A model generated the notes under the pieces. It was given only the letters and a program-made list of their open reading frames with translations, had not been told where the DNA came from and did no database searches. This document shows, in pieces, positions 1 through 9,179 of a stretch of DNA of 30,513 nt (positions within the stretch are counted from its first letter, which is position 1; each line of letters starts with the position of its first letter). Origin of the DNA: a virus (taxonomy: Duplodnaviria > Caudoviricetes); the IMG/VR virus record IMGVR_UViG_3300044713_000276, positions 1-30,513 of that record; one strand, written 5' to 3'. A program made the translations under genes and the position numbers.

Positions 1-2112
1 TCCATAAATCTCGCCGCCGCTGGTTCGGTGGACTCGCATTACACCCTCACCGCGAGCGCCGATTCAAGCGCCCCCGGCCCGAATCTGTACGTGCAGATCG
101 ATCCAACCCAAAACAACTGGGTCGCCAACGGCCCCGATTCAGAGTGGATTGGACCGTCATCCAACGCCGCTGCCGACTTCAACAACGGCAACTACACCTA
201 CCAGACAACTTTCAACTTGACCGGCCTCGATCCATCGACGGTTGAGCTTGTCGGCCAGATCGCTGCCGATGACACGGTCGCGATCATTCTCAACGGCACT
301 ACGGTCCTCGCCGCAGGAATCGCCAAAGCAACAGCTTGGACGCCATTCACAATTTCGAGTGGGTTCATCAGTGGCGTCAATACCCTCCAATTTGTTGTGA
401 CCAGTACCGGAACCGGACCGACAGGGGCACCCAATGGGCTCAAGAACCCAACCGGTCTCCAGGTGCAAATTTCTGGCACCGCACAGACCGATGACGGCCA
501 GGTGAACATCGGAATTTTTGGCACCGGCGCGGTTCAGGCGGGGATCGCGGGATCGTTTGAACTCGATCTGACCACATCCTCCGGTTCACCGTTCGCATGG
601 TACTACCCTCTAGTAGCTGAGGGTGGTGTCGGACCCTATTCGTTTCAGATTCAGACCGGCACCACACTGCCTGGAGCGACTATCACCACCTACAACGGGC
701 TCCCGGCTCTCGCCTCTGCTACAGAGCAACCCGGAAGCTATGAAGTCTTCCTTGCTGCGACCGATTCCAATGGCGTCGTATCGGCAGTTGTGGGGATTTC
801 AGTCGATCTTACACAGACCCCGACCGAGCCCATCACCATAGTCGCGACCAATATGCCCTCCAGCATATTTGAGGGCCGCGCCCTTCCGGCGAATACTTAC
901 TACGTAGAAGCCGACCTCCTCGCGAACTTCACGGCTACCGGTTTGCCTTCCGGTCTTAGCCTTCAGACTGGTGTCGGAACGCGTGCCTATTTGAGTGGAA
1001 CGCCAACTACAACGGGCACCTTCAACATCACATTTACGGCAACGTCGGCGGTTTTCAAAACCACAGCCACCTCGACGGCGCAGGTCATCCTGCTCGCGCA
1101 GACGGCGGTCTTTCTCAATGTGCCAACGAGCGCGGTTGTCGGTACGGACTATCGTGTGGTCAATAATAACGCGATCGTCTTTGTCCAGTACACGGGCTAC
1201 CAACCGACCGACGCGAGCTTCCCGCTTCCTACCAGTGCACACGGCACCATAGGCGCACCGGGCACCCTGGTAGGCGGTTCGCCGACGACGGGAGTTCAGA
1301 ATTTGACCTCGACCGGCTTTGTCATGGCCTTCGATTACGAGAACTCAACGATCGGGAACGATACCCTGACTATCGGAGCGCATACGGCGACGGTCGCGGT
1401 AACCTATTCACCCCTGGTCGCAACGCCGAAGACGATCTCTTCTACCGTGAGTGAGTATGCAGTCACGGCGACCTTCGCCGCTCCGGTCACGGTTTCCGGA
1501 GGATTGGCACCCTACTCAATCGCGTATGCCGGGTTCAGCGATCCGCGCTTCAGTGCTTCCGGACAGAATATTGCGATCACCGTGGATAACTTCACCGCTG
1601 GCACGACAGCGAACTGCTCGGTATCGATGCTGGTTACCGATTCAAGCGGTCAGTCCACGACGGTTGTGGGAGTCGTACAGGTCACCATCAAGCAGGAGAC
1701 GTACGTCACGGTGAATTTCAGCAACGCCACCTGGAACGTGAACGTATCCGACGACTCGCCATTTACCGCGTATATAATCCCGAACCAAACACAATCGGTA
1801 GTGGTATTGGGGCACGCTCCCTACCAGTATTACGTGGATACGGTCACCCTCCCGGGAGGTCTGGGAGGCTTCGTACAGGTCTCACCGTCTAAGCGCGTGC
1901 TGGCAATTCAATTCAACAACAGCAGCACTTCGGCGACCATCGCCGACGTGAACTCGGCCTTGCAGCCTAACGGAAACTTCGTAGTGGCCGCCGTTTCCTC
2001 CGCCGATGCACCGGCTGCCGGTTCTTACAGCATTACGCTTGCGCTCCGGATTGTAGACTCCGAAGGCCTGACGGCTTCACAGACGGTGACCTTGACGCTG
2101 GTTATCAGCTAA
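1..2112 (+). CDS. Virion tail-fibre/adhesin-like protein, 5'-truncated by the window edge: jelly-roll carbohydrate-binding-like domain followed by Ig-like (He_PIG-type) repeats
   Basis: Frame +1 is open from base 1 (SINLAAAGSVDSHY...), so the GTG at 28 is probably internal. The first ~160 aa (WVANGPDSEWIGP...YTYQTTFNLTGLDP...ADD...LNG...GVNTLQFVV...NPTGL) resemble a galactose-binding-like domain common in secreted/PEP-CTERM proteins. Later GGVGPYSF, GLPSGLSL...LSGTPTTTGTFNITFTAT and GGLAPYS are Ig-repeat motifs. Thr/Ser/Gly/Val-rich. Confidence 0.8.
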   Translation, partial: SINLAAAGSVDSHYTLTASADSSAPGPNLYVQIDPTQNNWVANGPDSEWIGPSSNAAADFNNGNYTYQTTFNLTGLDPSTVELVGQIAADDTVAIILNGTTVLAAGIAKATAWTPFTISSGFISGVNTLQFVVTSTGTGPTGAPNGLKNPTGLQVQISGTAQTDDGQVNIGIFGTGAVQAGIAGSFELDLTTSSGSPFAWYYPLVAEGGVGPYSFQIQTGTTLPGATITTYNGLPALASATEQPGSYEVFLAATDSNGVVSAVVGISVDLTQTPTEPITIVATNMPSSIFEGRALPANTYYVEADLLANFTATGLPSGLSLQTGVGTRAYLSGTPTTTGTFNITFTATSAVFKTTATSTAQVILLAQTAVFLNVPTSAVVGTDYRVVNNNAIVFVQYTGYQPTDASFPLPTSAHGTIGAPGTLVGGSPTTGVQNLTSTGFVMAFDYENSTIGNDTLTIGAHTATVAVTYSPLVATPKTISSTVSEYAVTATFAAPVTVSGGLAPYSIAYAGFSDPRFSASGQNIAITVDNFTAGTTANCSVSMLVTDSSGQSTTVVGVVQVTIKQETYVTVNFSNATWNVNVSDDSPFTAYIIPNQTQSVVVLGHAPYQYYVDTVTLPGGLGGFVQVSPSKRVLAIQFNNSSTSATIADVNSALQPNGNFVVAAVSSADAPAAGSYSITLALRIVDSEGLTASQTVTLTLVIS

Positions 2113-2155
2113 GTCTACCCGGAGGACTAGGAAACCTTATAGATAGAGGCAATTC

Positions 2156-5100
2156 ATGGGCGCACAAAACCAGACATCCGTGACTCTCGTTGGCGTTGGA
2201 GGCTCCAGCCCCTACGTCTTCACGGTCCTGAACGACGCCCAAACGACGATTCCGGCCACCATCTCCGGAAATACCCTCACGGTGGATGCGACCAACCTCG
2301 AACCCGGGGTGTATTCAGTTCACGTTCAGATGACGGATCAGTTGACCAACACTTCGACCGCCGTCATCCCGGTAACAGTAGTCGCCTCAAATATCCTCTC
2401 GATCACAAACGTCGATGTGGCCCTTCAGCCCACCACCTTTCCCCAGACAGTATCCGTCCCTCTAACCTCGATTGGCGGCGTCGGGGCGGTGGTCTGGACC
2501 CTGATTGCAAACCTTACTACGCTCCCGGGAGCAACGGTTACCGGCTCAACCCTGGGCTTTTCGGCAACCACTTTCGGTAATTGGACCGTCGCCCTTCGAG
2601 TCACCGACTCGCTCGGCAACACGGCGACTCGTCTGATTGAGATCAATGTGGTGACCGCCGACGTGACGAGCCTGGTGGATGGTCAGGTTGAGATCGACGT
2701 GACACCCACCCCCGCAAACGTGGGTACTCACACCTTCACGCTCAAGATCAGCGACTCTTCTTCCGGCTCGCCAGTTTCGCGGAACTTCAACTACACCATC
2801 GCCGAGGAAATATCCGCGATCGAGATCGCCGAAGCTTCGATCAATCACGTCTGGGGCGCAAACGACGTCACTTCCGTTGTCTACCCCATCGCCGGAGCCC
2901 TTTCAGGATTCACGATCGGCACCGAGGGATCGATTGTAGCCGATAACGGCTTAACCGTCTCCATCGACACAGAAAACAACGCCGTTGTTGTTACGGGGCC
3001 GCCTACTAGCTTTGAGAACTCGGAAGTAGAGATCCAGATTCCGGTGATGCGCAACTCGCAAGAAGTCGCAATATTGACGCGTGAATTCACCCTGGTTTCC
3101 CACAACGGTTCGACCGACATCGGCACCATGATCTGTAATACGCGGCCATACATTACCGGCGAGTACGTCGGTCTTAATCCGCTGCGTCCCTTCTACAATT
3201 CACCGGCCTGGGCGAAGAACCAGAGCTACATTGTCCAGCTTGCAACAGGCAACACGCTTCCGCAGGGCTTGAGTCTCGATTCCGTGAGCGGCCAGATTTA
3301 CGGCACCGTCCTAGCCAATGACGTGCCGACATCGGTACTACAGTACGTCGATGCCAGCGGAAACGTTCACGGCACGGTCACGATCAATTGGACTGTATAC
3401 GCGTCGCAGTACACGATGCTTAACAACTTGACCAGCGGCCAAGTACAGGTGGCTTACAACGGAACGGTCGGGACGTCCTCTTCGGCGAAATTGACGACGG
3501 TCGCGGTTTCCTCTGGCCGCTTGCCTCAAGGGTTATCCGTTACCATCGATACGCCGGGTGCGAATGTCGTAATCTCAGGAACTCCTGTCGAGGCCGGTTA
3601 CTTCGATGTGTGGTTTCGTGTTACCAACTCCAACGGTCAGGTCGCATTCTTCTACACCCGCTTTGTGGTCGATTATATTCCGCCGCTTGTCATCCTCACT
3701 GAATCACTTCCGGACGTTGTCACAAACCAGTCGTACTCGCAGACGCTCCAGGCCTTCGGAGGAATCGCGCCGTACATCTGGGCGCTTGCGAGCGGCACAT
3801 TGCCTTCCGGTTTCACACTCAACGCCAATTCCGGCGTCATATCGGGCACTACGGCAGCGACATCATACAACCAGACTCTCACCTTCGCTGTGACCGACAC
3901 ACGAGGCGTGACATCAACCGCAGCAATCTCGCTGGAGATTAACAATTCGCTCGAAATCACGACGGCTGTATTACCGCTGGTAACCCCTGGCCAGAACTAC
4001 GTTGTTCCGCTCGCGGCGCAAGGCGGCGTGAAGCCGTACACCTGGGCGCTTGCGAGCGGCTCCCCGGCATTGCCCGGAGGCTTCACGCTTTCTTCCAGCG
4101 GCGTGCTCTCCGGCGCAACCTCGCTTGAAGACTACAACCAGAATGTCGTTATTCAGGTGACGGACTCAGCGAGCAACAGCGTAACAAAAACCTTCACCCT
4201 GCTCATTGGCACTACCAGCGGCATCCTGATCGACACAGAAGGCATCGGCCCCATCGCTCGCGGCCAGGCATATCAAGGTCAGGCTAGTGTCATCGGACCC
4301 GGCGTCGCCCCGTTCTCTTGGAGCGTCACAACAGACACGCCGAATCAGTTGCCGACCGGGATGTCCTTCACGGGGGACACTTCCGATAGCGGCGCGACCG
4401 CTACGTTGAGCGGCCTTACGGACCAGAATCTTCTGAATTACGCGGTGAAGATCGAAGTCATTGATGCAAACGGCAATTATGCCTTTGCGTTCCTCCTCCT
4501 GAATTCGTTTACTTCGTTGGTCGTTACCACTGCTACACCCATCCCACAGGCAACAGTCGGCGGAAGCTATTCGCAGCAGTTGACTGAGGAAGGCGGAGTT
4601 TCGCCGTTCGTTTGGTCGCTCGATCCGTCTTCCGGAGCGCTTCCGGCTGGTTTGACCTTGTCTTCTACGGGCGTTTTGAGCGGGGTGCCCTCTGCGCAGG
4701 GAACTACGACCTTTACGGTGCGCGTCACCGATTCTCTTGGAGACTTCGCAACCAAGGCGCTAACGCTCACAGCCGTTACGTCAACCCTTGCCATCACAAC
4801 CCCCTCCCTGCCCCAGGCTACCAGCGGAGTCGCTTACAGCGCCTCCCTGGCCGCCTCGGGTGGAAACCCGGCTTACACCTGGTCAATATCTCCCGCCTCG
4901 GCGAGTTCGCTTCCCACCGGTCTCAGTCTCAATGCATCGACTGGCGCGATCACTGGCACCACTCTTTCGGCTGGTTTTTCCAAGTCCATTACTTTCCGAG
5001 TCACCGATTCGATCGGTGTCTACAAGGAAGTCACCTTAACATTGACCGTTATTGCGGGCTTGAAGCTTTACGCCGGTCCGGACTACGTCAATGGCACCAG

Positions 5101-5458
5101 CGTCGGATCGCTCGGCATAGGCTACACCGCGATCGATGACGTGACCTCTATCAATCCGCGTCCGAATTTGAGCTTCTTTGTCGTCGCCACCGGCGTCATC
5201 TCGACCCAAGTAAGCGGTATCAGTTTCGGACTTCCTCCTGGATTTAACGCGACGGTTTCATCGCTTTCGAACGGAGTTGCGTACATCGAGCTTTCCGGAA
5301 ACTTCTATGGACCATCGACGGGGACGAAGCAGTTCAACATCACTGTCATCGATAGCGGCGTAAGCGTATCGGCGACCTTCACCTACTCGATACAGCCGCA
5401 GCAGAACATCAGACTGACTCCCGTGACCGGAACGTTACCGGTGTTCTTTTTGAACTAA
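2156..5458 (+). CDS. Putative Ig-domain (He_PIG-like) repeat virion protein, likely tail fibre or decoration, 1100 aa
   Basis: Multiple ~88-95 aa repeats of the form IT(T)xxLP...YxxxLxAxGGxxPYTWxxxxGxLPxGxTLxxxGxxSG...TxxVTDS. GAGG RBS at 2146-2149. Confidence 0.88.
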   Translation: MGAQNQTSVTLVGVGGSSPYVFTVLNDAQTTIPATISGNTLTVDATNLEPGVYSVHVQMTDQLTNTSTAVIPVTVVASNILSITNVDVALQPTTFPQTVSVPLTSIGGVGAVVWTLIANLTTLPGATVTGSTLGFSATTFGNWTVALRVTDSLGNTATRLIEINVVTADVTSLVDGQVEIDVTPTPANVGTHTFTLKISDSSSGSPVSRNFNYTIAEEISAIEIAEASINHVWGANDVTSVVYPIAGALSGFTIGTEGSIVADNGLTVSIDTENNAVVVTGPPTSFENSEVEIQIPVMRNSQEVAILTREFTLVSHNGSTDIGTMICNTRPYITGEYVGLNPLRPFYNSPAWAKNQSYIVQLATGNTLPQGLSLDSVSGQIYGTVLANDVPTSVLQYVDASGNVHGTVTINWTVYASQYTMLNNLTSGQVQVAYNGTVGTSSSAKLTTVAVSSGRLPQGLSVTIDTPGANVVISGTPVEAGYFDVWFRVTNSNGQVAFFYTRFVVDYIPPLVILTESLPDVVTNQSYSQTLQAFGGIAPYIWALASGTLPSGFTLNANSGVISGTTAATSYNQTLTFAVTDTRGVTSTAAISLEINNSLEITTAVLPLVTPGQNYVVPLAAQGGVKPYTWALASGSPALPGGFTLSSSGVLSGATSLEDYNQNVVIQVTDSASNSVTKTFTLLIGTTSGILIDTEGIGPIARGQAYQGQASVIGPGVAPFSWSVTTDTPNQLPTGMSFTGDTSDSGATATLSGLTDQNLLNYAVKIEVIDANGNYAFAFLLLNSFTSLVVTTATPIPQATVGGSYSQQLTEEGGVSPFVWSLDPSSGALPAGLTLSSTGVLSGVPSAQGTTTFTVRVTDSLGDFATKALTLTAVTSTLAITTPSLPQATSGVAYSASLAASGGNPAYTWSISPASASSLPTGLSLNASTGAITGTTLSAGFSKSITFRVTDSIGVYKEVTLTLTVIAGLKLYAGPDYVNGTSVGSLGIGYTAIDDVTSINPRPNLSFFVVATGVISTQVSGISFGLPPGFNATVSSLSNGVAYIELSGNFYGPSTGTKQFNITVIDSGVSVSATFTYSIQPQQNIRLTPVTGTLPVFFLN
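3769..4060 (+). repeat. 28-nt near-perfect direct repeat between adjacent Ig repeats (3769-3796 and 4033-4060)
   Basis: gccgtaca(t/c)ctgggcgcttgcgagcggc, one mismatch, 264 nt (88 codons) apart. Confidence 0.85.
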
Positions 5459-5467
5459 GGATTCACT

Positions 5468-7657
5468 ATGCCGATTCAGACAATCCGCTACAGCGTAACT
5501 GGAGCTAATCCAGCAAATTCGTCGATCCAGGTGAGCTTCGACACCAGCGGCAACGGCACGGGGACAATTACGCTTGCAGGTACGAATTCCGGAGTAGACA
5601 CGCTTCAAGCATTTTTCGACGCTTTCGGGCTATCGTCAAACCAGGCGCAGGTGGTCTGGCAGGGTGCAAACGGCGCGATCTCTATCTCTCCGATCCTCTG
5701 CTATCAAAAGAACAATCCCTCGAATGCGGCGCTTGTGGCCGGACTGTCTATATCTGACTTTGCTTCGCCGCAGACCTTCAACTCATTGATGTTCAACACA
5801 CACCCGCAGAGCCTGCTGCCGGGTGATCCGCATCAGAGCGGCAACCAGGCCAACCCGATGGTCAATAACGCCATCACGGCTAACGGCCAGTATTCGGGTG
5901 ACGTGGCGATCATCGGTGACGATGGCGGCGGCATGCTGCTCGCGATGACGGGTTCCTTCGTTGTTGCTCAGGCGGGGCAGATTGCCTTCACCGCGTACGA
6001 TAACCAGGGTTTCGTCATCGCTTGCCCCGGTGCCTCGTATGTATCGGGCGTGAACTCATCGGACCCGGGTGCCGGATACCCCACGATCACCACAACACCG
6101 ATTCAAGGCTACCCAGTCCTAGCTGGCCGCAACGGCAACTTCCCGGGCGGCAACACCGCGACCGACAACTTCACCCTCAACTTCGCCAATCCGGGCGTCT
6201 ACCCATTTGAAATCTACTTCGCCGCCGGTACATCTAGCGAACGCGAGTTCTGTTTACTTGCAAACGGCGCGGTCATTCCGCCCGCCTCCATCGTGGCCGT
6301 GCCTCCGGCCCCGGCCCCGGGCTCCGGCCAGATGATTTTAACTCCGAACGCAGCCGGTCCGGACATTACAGGCAACACACAGAGCTTCACGATTTCGATT
6401 ACCGGTGTAGTGTTTCAGACCGAGCCCTATCTCCCCCTGCTCCAAGGCGTCGCCGGGTATTTGTTGGTCTCGAACGACACCGGCGACAACAACTTCACCT
6501 TCCCGACGTTACCAAACGGGGGCACCGTCAACGCACAGCAGGCGCTGACTGCTTGCTTCAGCTTAAGCGGGGACAACGATTCCTGGCAGAATCGCCTCGC
6601 CCTGGCGCTTAACGGTGCCAACGTTACATTGGCCTATAACGGCAACGCGCCGGACTCGAATGTGGCAACCACGAACCTTACCGTTTCAAACGAGGACATC
6701 GCCTATTACAATCCCACGACGCAGAGCTTCGATACTTTTGGGATCTCAAATCAAGGGGGCGGCTCACAGGCGGAGATTTTGGTTTACTGGTTGGTCAATC
6801 CCACAGTCGGTTCCTATTCACCGAACACCTTGAATGGCGACGGGCTCACCTATCAGGTCACATTCATATTCGCGCAGTCGATGCCAGCTATTCAGAACAA
6901 CGTGATTGCAGCGGTGACGGTCGGTACCGGCCTGACTTTTGTTTCGTCCTCCTTTATTGTCGAGAACGGCTGGACAGTCGGCTTGACGGTCAGTGTGACC
7001 GCTGCCGTGACTTCAGCGGCGATCGATTCGCAGATCAATATCACGCTGACAGGCGACATCACATACCTGTCCGGAACTTCGTTTGTCACTGAAAACTACA
7101 CCTATATTAACAACCAAGCCTTCGATATTACGATCGAAGCGGAATCGACGATCATTCTCACCGGGGGAGCGCCCAGGCCGGGAAACGTTGCGGGTTGTCC
7201 CGCCACGGTTATGTACGTGCAGAGACACTTGCCGGTCGAATTCATCGAAGTCGGCGACAAGCTCGATTGCCTTACCGAGGATTACGTTGGGATCGAAACG
7301 CACGCGGTCGAAGCCGTATCTTTCGAAAGGGCCAAATGCATCCGGTTGATAACGGCGAACAAGGCCGAGTTGATTATTTCCGAATCGACGCCGGTACCTA
7401 CGATCGAGACCATCTATGCCATCAAGGGCGGCGCGGACCCAGCCTCGCTGCCGGTGTACGCAAGCCAGATCGAGCCTGGCATGCACCTGCTTACCGACAT
7501 TGAAGGGCGGCTTGAGGTCTCTGAGGCCGTATCCGTCGAGCGGGTTGGCACATACCGCGTGGGCCACGTATCGGTTGGGGGCCGAAACTTCGCAGCCGGA
7601 AGGGATTCGCGCCGCCGCATTTACACACACAACATCGCCCCGATCGAGAAGCTTTAA
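5468..7657 (+). CDS. Virion tail/receptor-binding-like protein with a PA14-like domain and a C-terminal Hint (intein-like) domain, 729 aa
   Basis: PA14-like pattern (AMTGSFVVAQAGQIAFTAYDNQGFVI...TLNFANPGVYPFEIYFA) around 5900-6270. Beta-rich middle region. The C-terminus begins G|CPA after a Gly/Pro linker and ends IYTHN-IAPIEKL. Confidence 0.82.
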   Translation: MPIQTIRYSVTGANPANSSIQVSFDTSGNGTGTITLAGTNSGVDTLQAFFDAFGLSSNQAQVVWQGANGAISISPILCYQKNNPSNAALVAGLSISDFASPQTFNSLMFNTHPQSLLPGDPHQSGNQANPMVNNAITANGQYSGDVAIIGDDGGGMLLAMTGSFVVAQAGQIAFTAYDNQGFVIACPGASYVSGVNSSDPGAGYPTITTTPIQGYPVLAGRNGNFPGGNTATDNFTLNFANPGVYPFEIYFAAGTSSEREFCLLANGAVIPPASIVAVPPAPAPGSGQMILTPNAAGPDITGNTQSFTISITGVVFQTEPYLPLLQGVAGYLLVSNDTGDNNFTFPTLPNGGTVNAQQALTACFSLSGDNDSWQNRLALALNGANVTLAYNGNAPDSNVATTNLTVSNEDIAYYNPTTQSFDTFGISNQGGGSQAEILVYWLVNPTVGSYSPNTLNGDGLTYQVTFIFAQSMPAIQNNVIAAVTVGTGLTFVSSSFIVENGWTVGLTVSVTAAVTSAAIDSQINITLTGDITYLSGTSFVTENYTYINNQAFDITIEAESTIILTGGAPRPGNVAGCPATVMYVQRHLPVEFIEVGDKLDCLTEDYVGIETHAVEAVSFERAKCIRLITANKAELIISESTPVPTIETIYAIKGGADPASLPVYASQIEPGMHLLTDIEGRLEVSEAVSVERVGTYRVGHVSVGGRNFAAGRDSRRRIYTHNIAPIEKL
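7196..7633 (+). other. Hint / bacterial intein-like (BIL-type) autoprocessing domain, 146 aa
   Basis: N-terminal Cys (codon 7196), VEFIEVGDKL, CIRLITANKAELIISESTP (block-B-like), ASQIEPGMHLL, VGHVSVGGRNFAAG and terminal His-Asn (7628-7633). No endonuclease insert. Confidence 0.82.
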
Positions 7658-7660
7658 TCC

Positions 7661-8290
7661 ATGGCCTACACCTACGCCAAAACAGGACCCCCCTTTGATT
7701 TTCTGGGAAACTTCGCCGAATCACAGCGCGAGGCTCTTGCTTCATGGGTGACGGAGCGAAGCCCAAACTTCCCCGCAATCCAGCTTCATCACCAGGTCCG
7801 TGCGCAGCAGCTTCGCAAGACAGCGGGTTTACTTGAGAATTACTACGCCACCTCGAACATCGAGCCCCTTGCGACAAGCTTTGTAAAGGCCGCCTGGCAG
7901 CCCGGGACCAATGGGCACTTCGCCTACGCCTACCGCAACGACAATGTTCCGACGCAGACGATGGTAGAGGTGAAGCGCCATTTCCGCTATCAAATGGAAC
8001 GTCAGGACGAAGCCGTATTTCACATGAACCACCTTCGCAATCAGATTGAGGTGCAAGAAGATAAGGCTCAGGGGGCAAACGACGCTCCGACTGATGTGGC
8101 GGCTTTGATGTCGAGGATCAACACCTTATTCGGGCTGCCGGAATATCAATCCTCTCTTGTGAGTGACGTTTCCAGCACGTACAAGGGTCAGCCTTACTTC
8201 CGCGTGAACCAGTTGGACACCCCCACCCAGTGGGAGCTTGAGCAACACAACCACGGGACGCCGGGTTCTCCGATCGTACTGAAGGGATGA
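7661..8290 (+). CDS. Hypothetical protein, probably virion/baseplate-associated, 209 aa
   Basis: Clean ATG 3 nt after the previous stop; its stop overlaps the next ATG (ATGA); lies within the structural operon. No family recognised. Confidence 0.7.
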   Translation: MAYTYAKTGPPFDFLGNFAESQREALASWVTERSPNFPAIQLHHQVRAQQLRKTAGLLENYYATSNIEPLATSFVKAAWQPGTNGHFAYAYRNDNVPTQTMVEVKRHFRYQMERQDEAVFHMNHLRNQIEVQEDKAQGANDAPTDVAALMSRINTLFGLPEYQSSLVSDVSSTYKGQPYFRVNQLDTPTQWELEQHNHGTPGSPIVLKG

Positions 8291-9177
8291 TCACTCCCGA
8301 GACGACGGGAAAGACTATCGGGCCGGTTAGCTGGCGAGACCGGACCGCCACTACTTCCCGCCGCAGATCGCCAGCAGTTTTCGGGGGTAGTCGGTTGTCC
8401 TGGGATTACGCAGCGGCCACACAACCATGTAACCATCGGCAGGTTCTTGAGCGATATGTGCTAGACTCGTTCGATTTCAGAACGTTGCACTACGCCAATG
8501 ATTTGTCGCTTAACATGCGTGCGCCCATCAACGGCGCGGCGGCGGTTCAGGTCTACCTGGGTGGCACGCTCTGTCCGCCCGGGGACCCCCGCTACGGCTA
8601 CTCGATAGTCCCCGATCCCGACCGAATTCTGCAAGGCTACACCTTCCAGAAGATCACCTTCAACAAGCCCGTTCGGCTCACGCAGCCGCTGATCGAGGTC
8701 AGCTACATCACTCGCCAGGGATTTTGTATTCAGTGCGGGGGGATTGGGCAGGTCAAGGATTGGGAGATTTCGACTTCCGGCTCTCTTGTGCACACGCACG
8801 GAGTGAAGAAACTTGCGCAGCAGTCTCTCAAATACATTCTCACATCGAAGAACCCCCCCGCCCAAAATCTGGTCTGTAACCTGAAGAGCTTTCTCAATCA
8901 AAAGATCCTCAATGGTAGTACTCAGGACATTGCGGCGTCGATCACCAGCGCGCTTCAGAATTACCAGTCTATCCAGACGGCCCAGAAGGCCGTGCAAACC
9001 CTTTCCCCAGGTGAGGTCCTACGCGATGTTCAGAACGTCTCCGTGCAGCAGGACCCCAATAACCCGTTATTGATCTACGTGTCCGTTGTAGTGACGGCAT
9101 ACGGCGTAAAGGAGCCCATCCCTCTGAATATCGCATTGCAGATGCCGAGCACAAGTTCTAGTACGGTGACCAGTTAA
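8287..9177 (+). CDS. Baseplate wedge protein with C-terminal gp25/GPW-like domain (true start may be the TTG at 8395)
   Basis: KLAQQSLKYILTS...IAASITSALQNY...EVLRDVQNVSVQQDPNNPLLIYVSVVV matches the gp25-like pattern. A CIQC motif precedes it. Sits directly upstream of the baseplate J-like gene. GGGGG at 8383-8387 precedes TTG 8395. Confidence 0.72.
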   Translation: MITPETTGKTIGPVSWRDRTATTSRRRSPAVFGGSRLSWDYAAATQPCNHRQVLERYVLDSFDFRTLHYANDLSLNMRAPINGAAAVQVYLGGTLCPPGDPRYGYSIVPDPDRILQGYTFQKITFNKPVRLTQPLIEVSYITRQGFCIQCGGIGQVKDWEISTSGSLVHTHGVKKLAQQSLKYILTSKNPPAQNLVCNLKSFLNQKILNGSTQDIAASITSALQNYQSIQTAQKAVQTLSPGEVLRDVQNVSVQQDPNNPLLIYVSVVVTAYGVKEPIPLNIALQMPSTSSSTVTS

Positions 9178-9179
9178 CC

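Noticed and set aside
7196-7633. Canonical mobile intein
   Set aside because: No homing endonuclease, +1 residue is Ile, and only 7 aa follow, so it is treated as a Hint/BIL domain.
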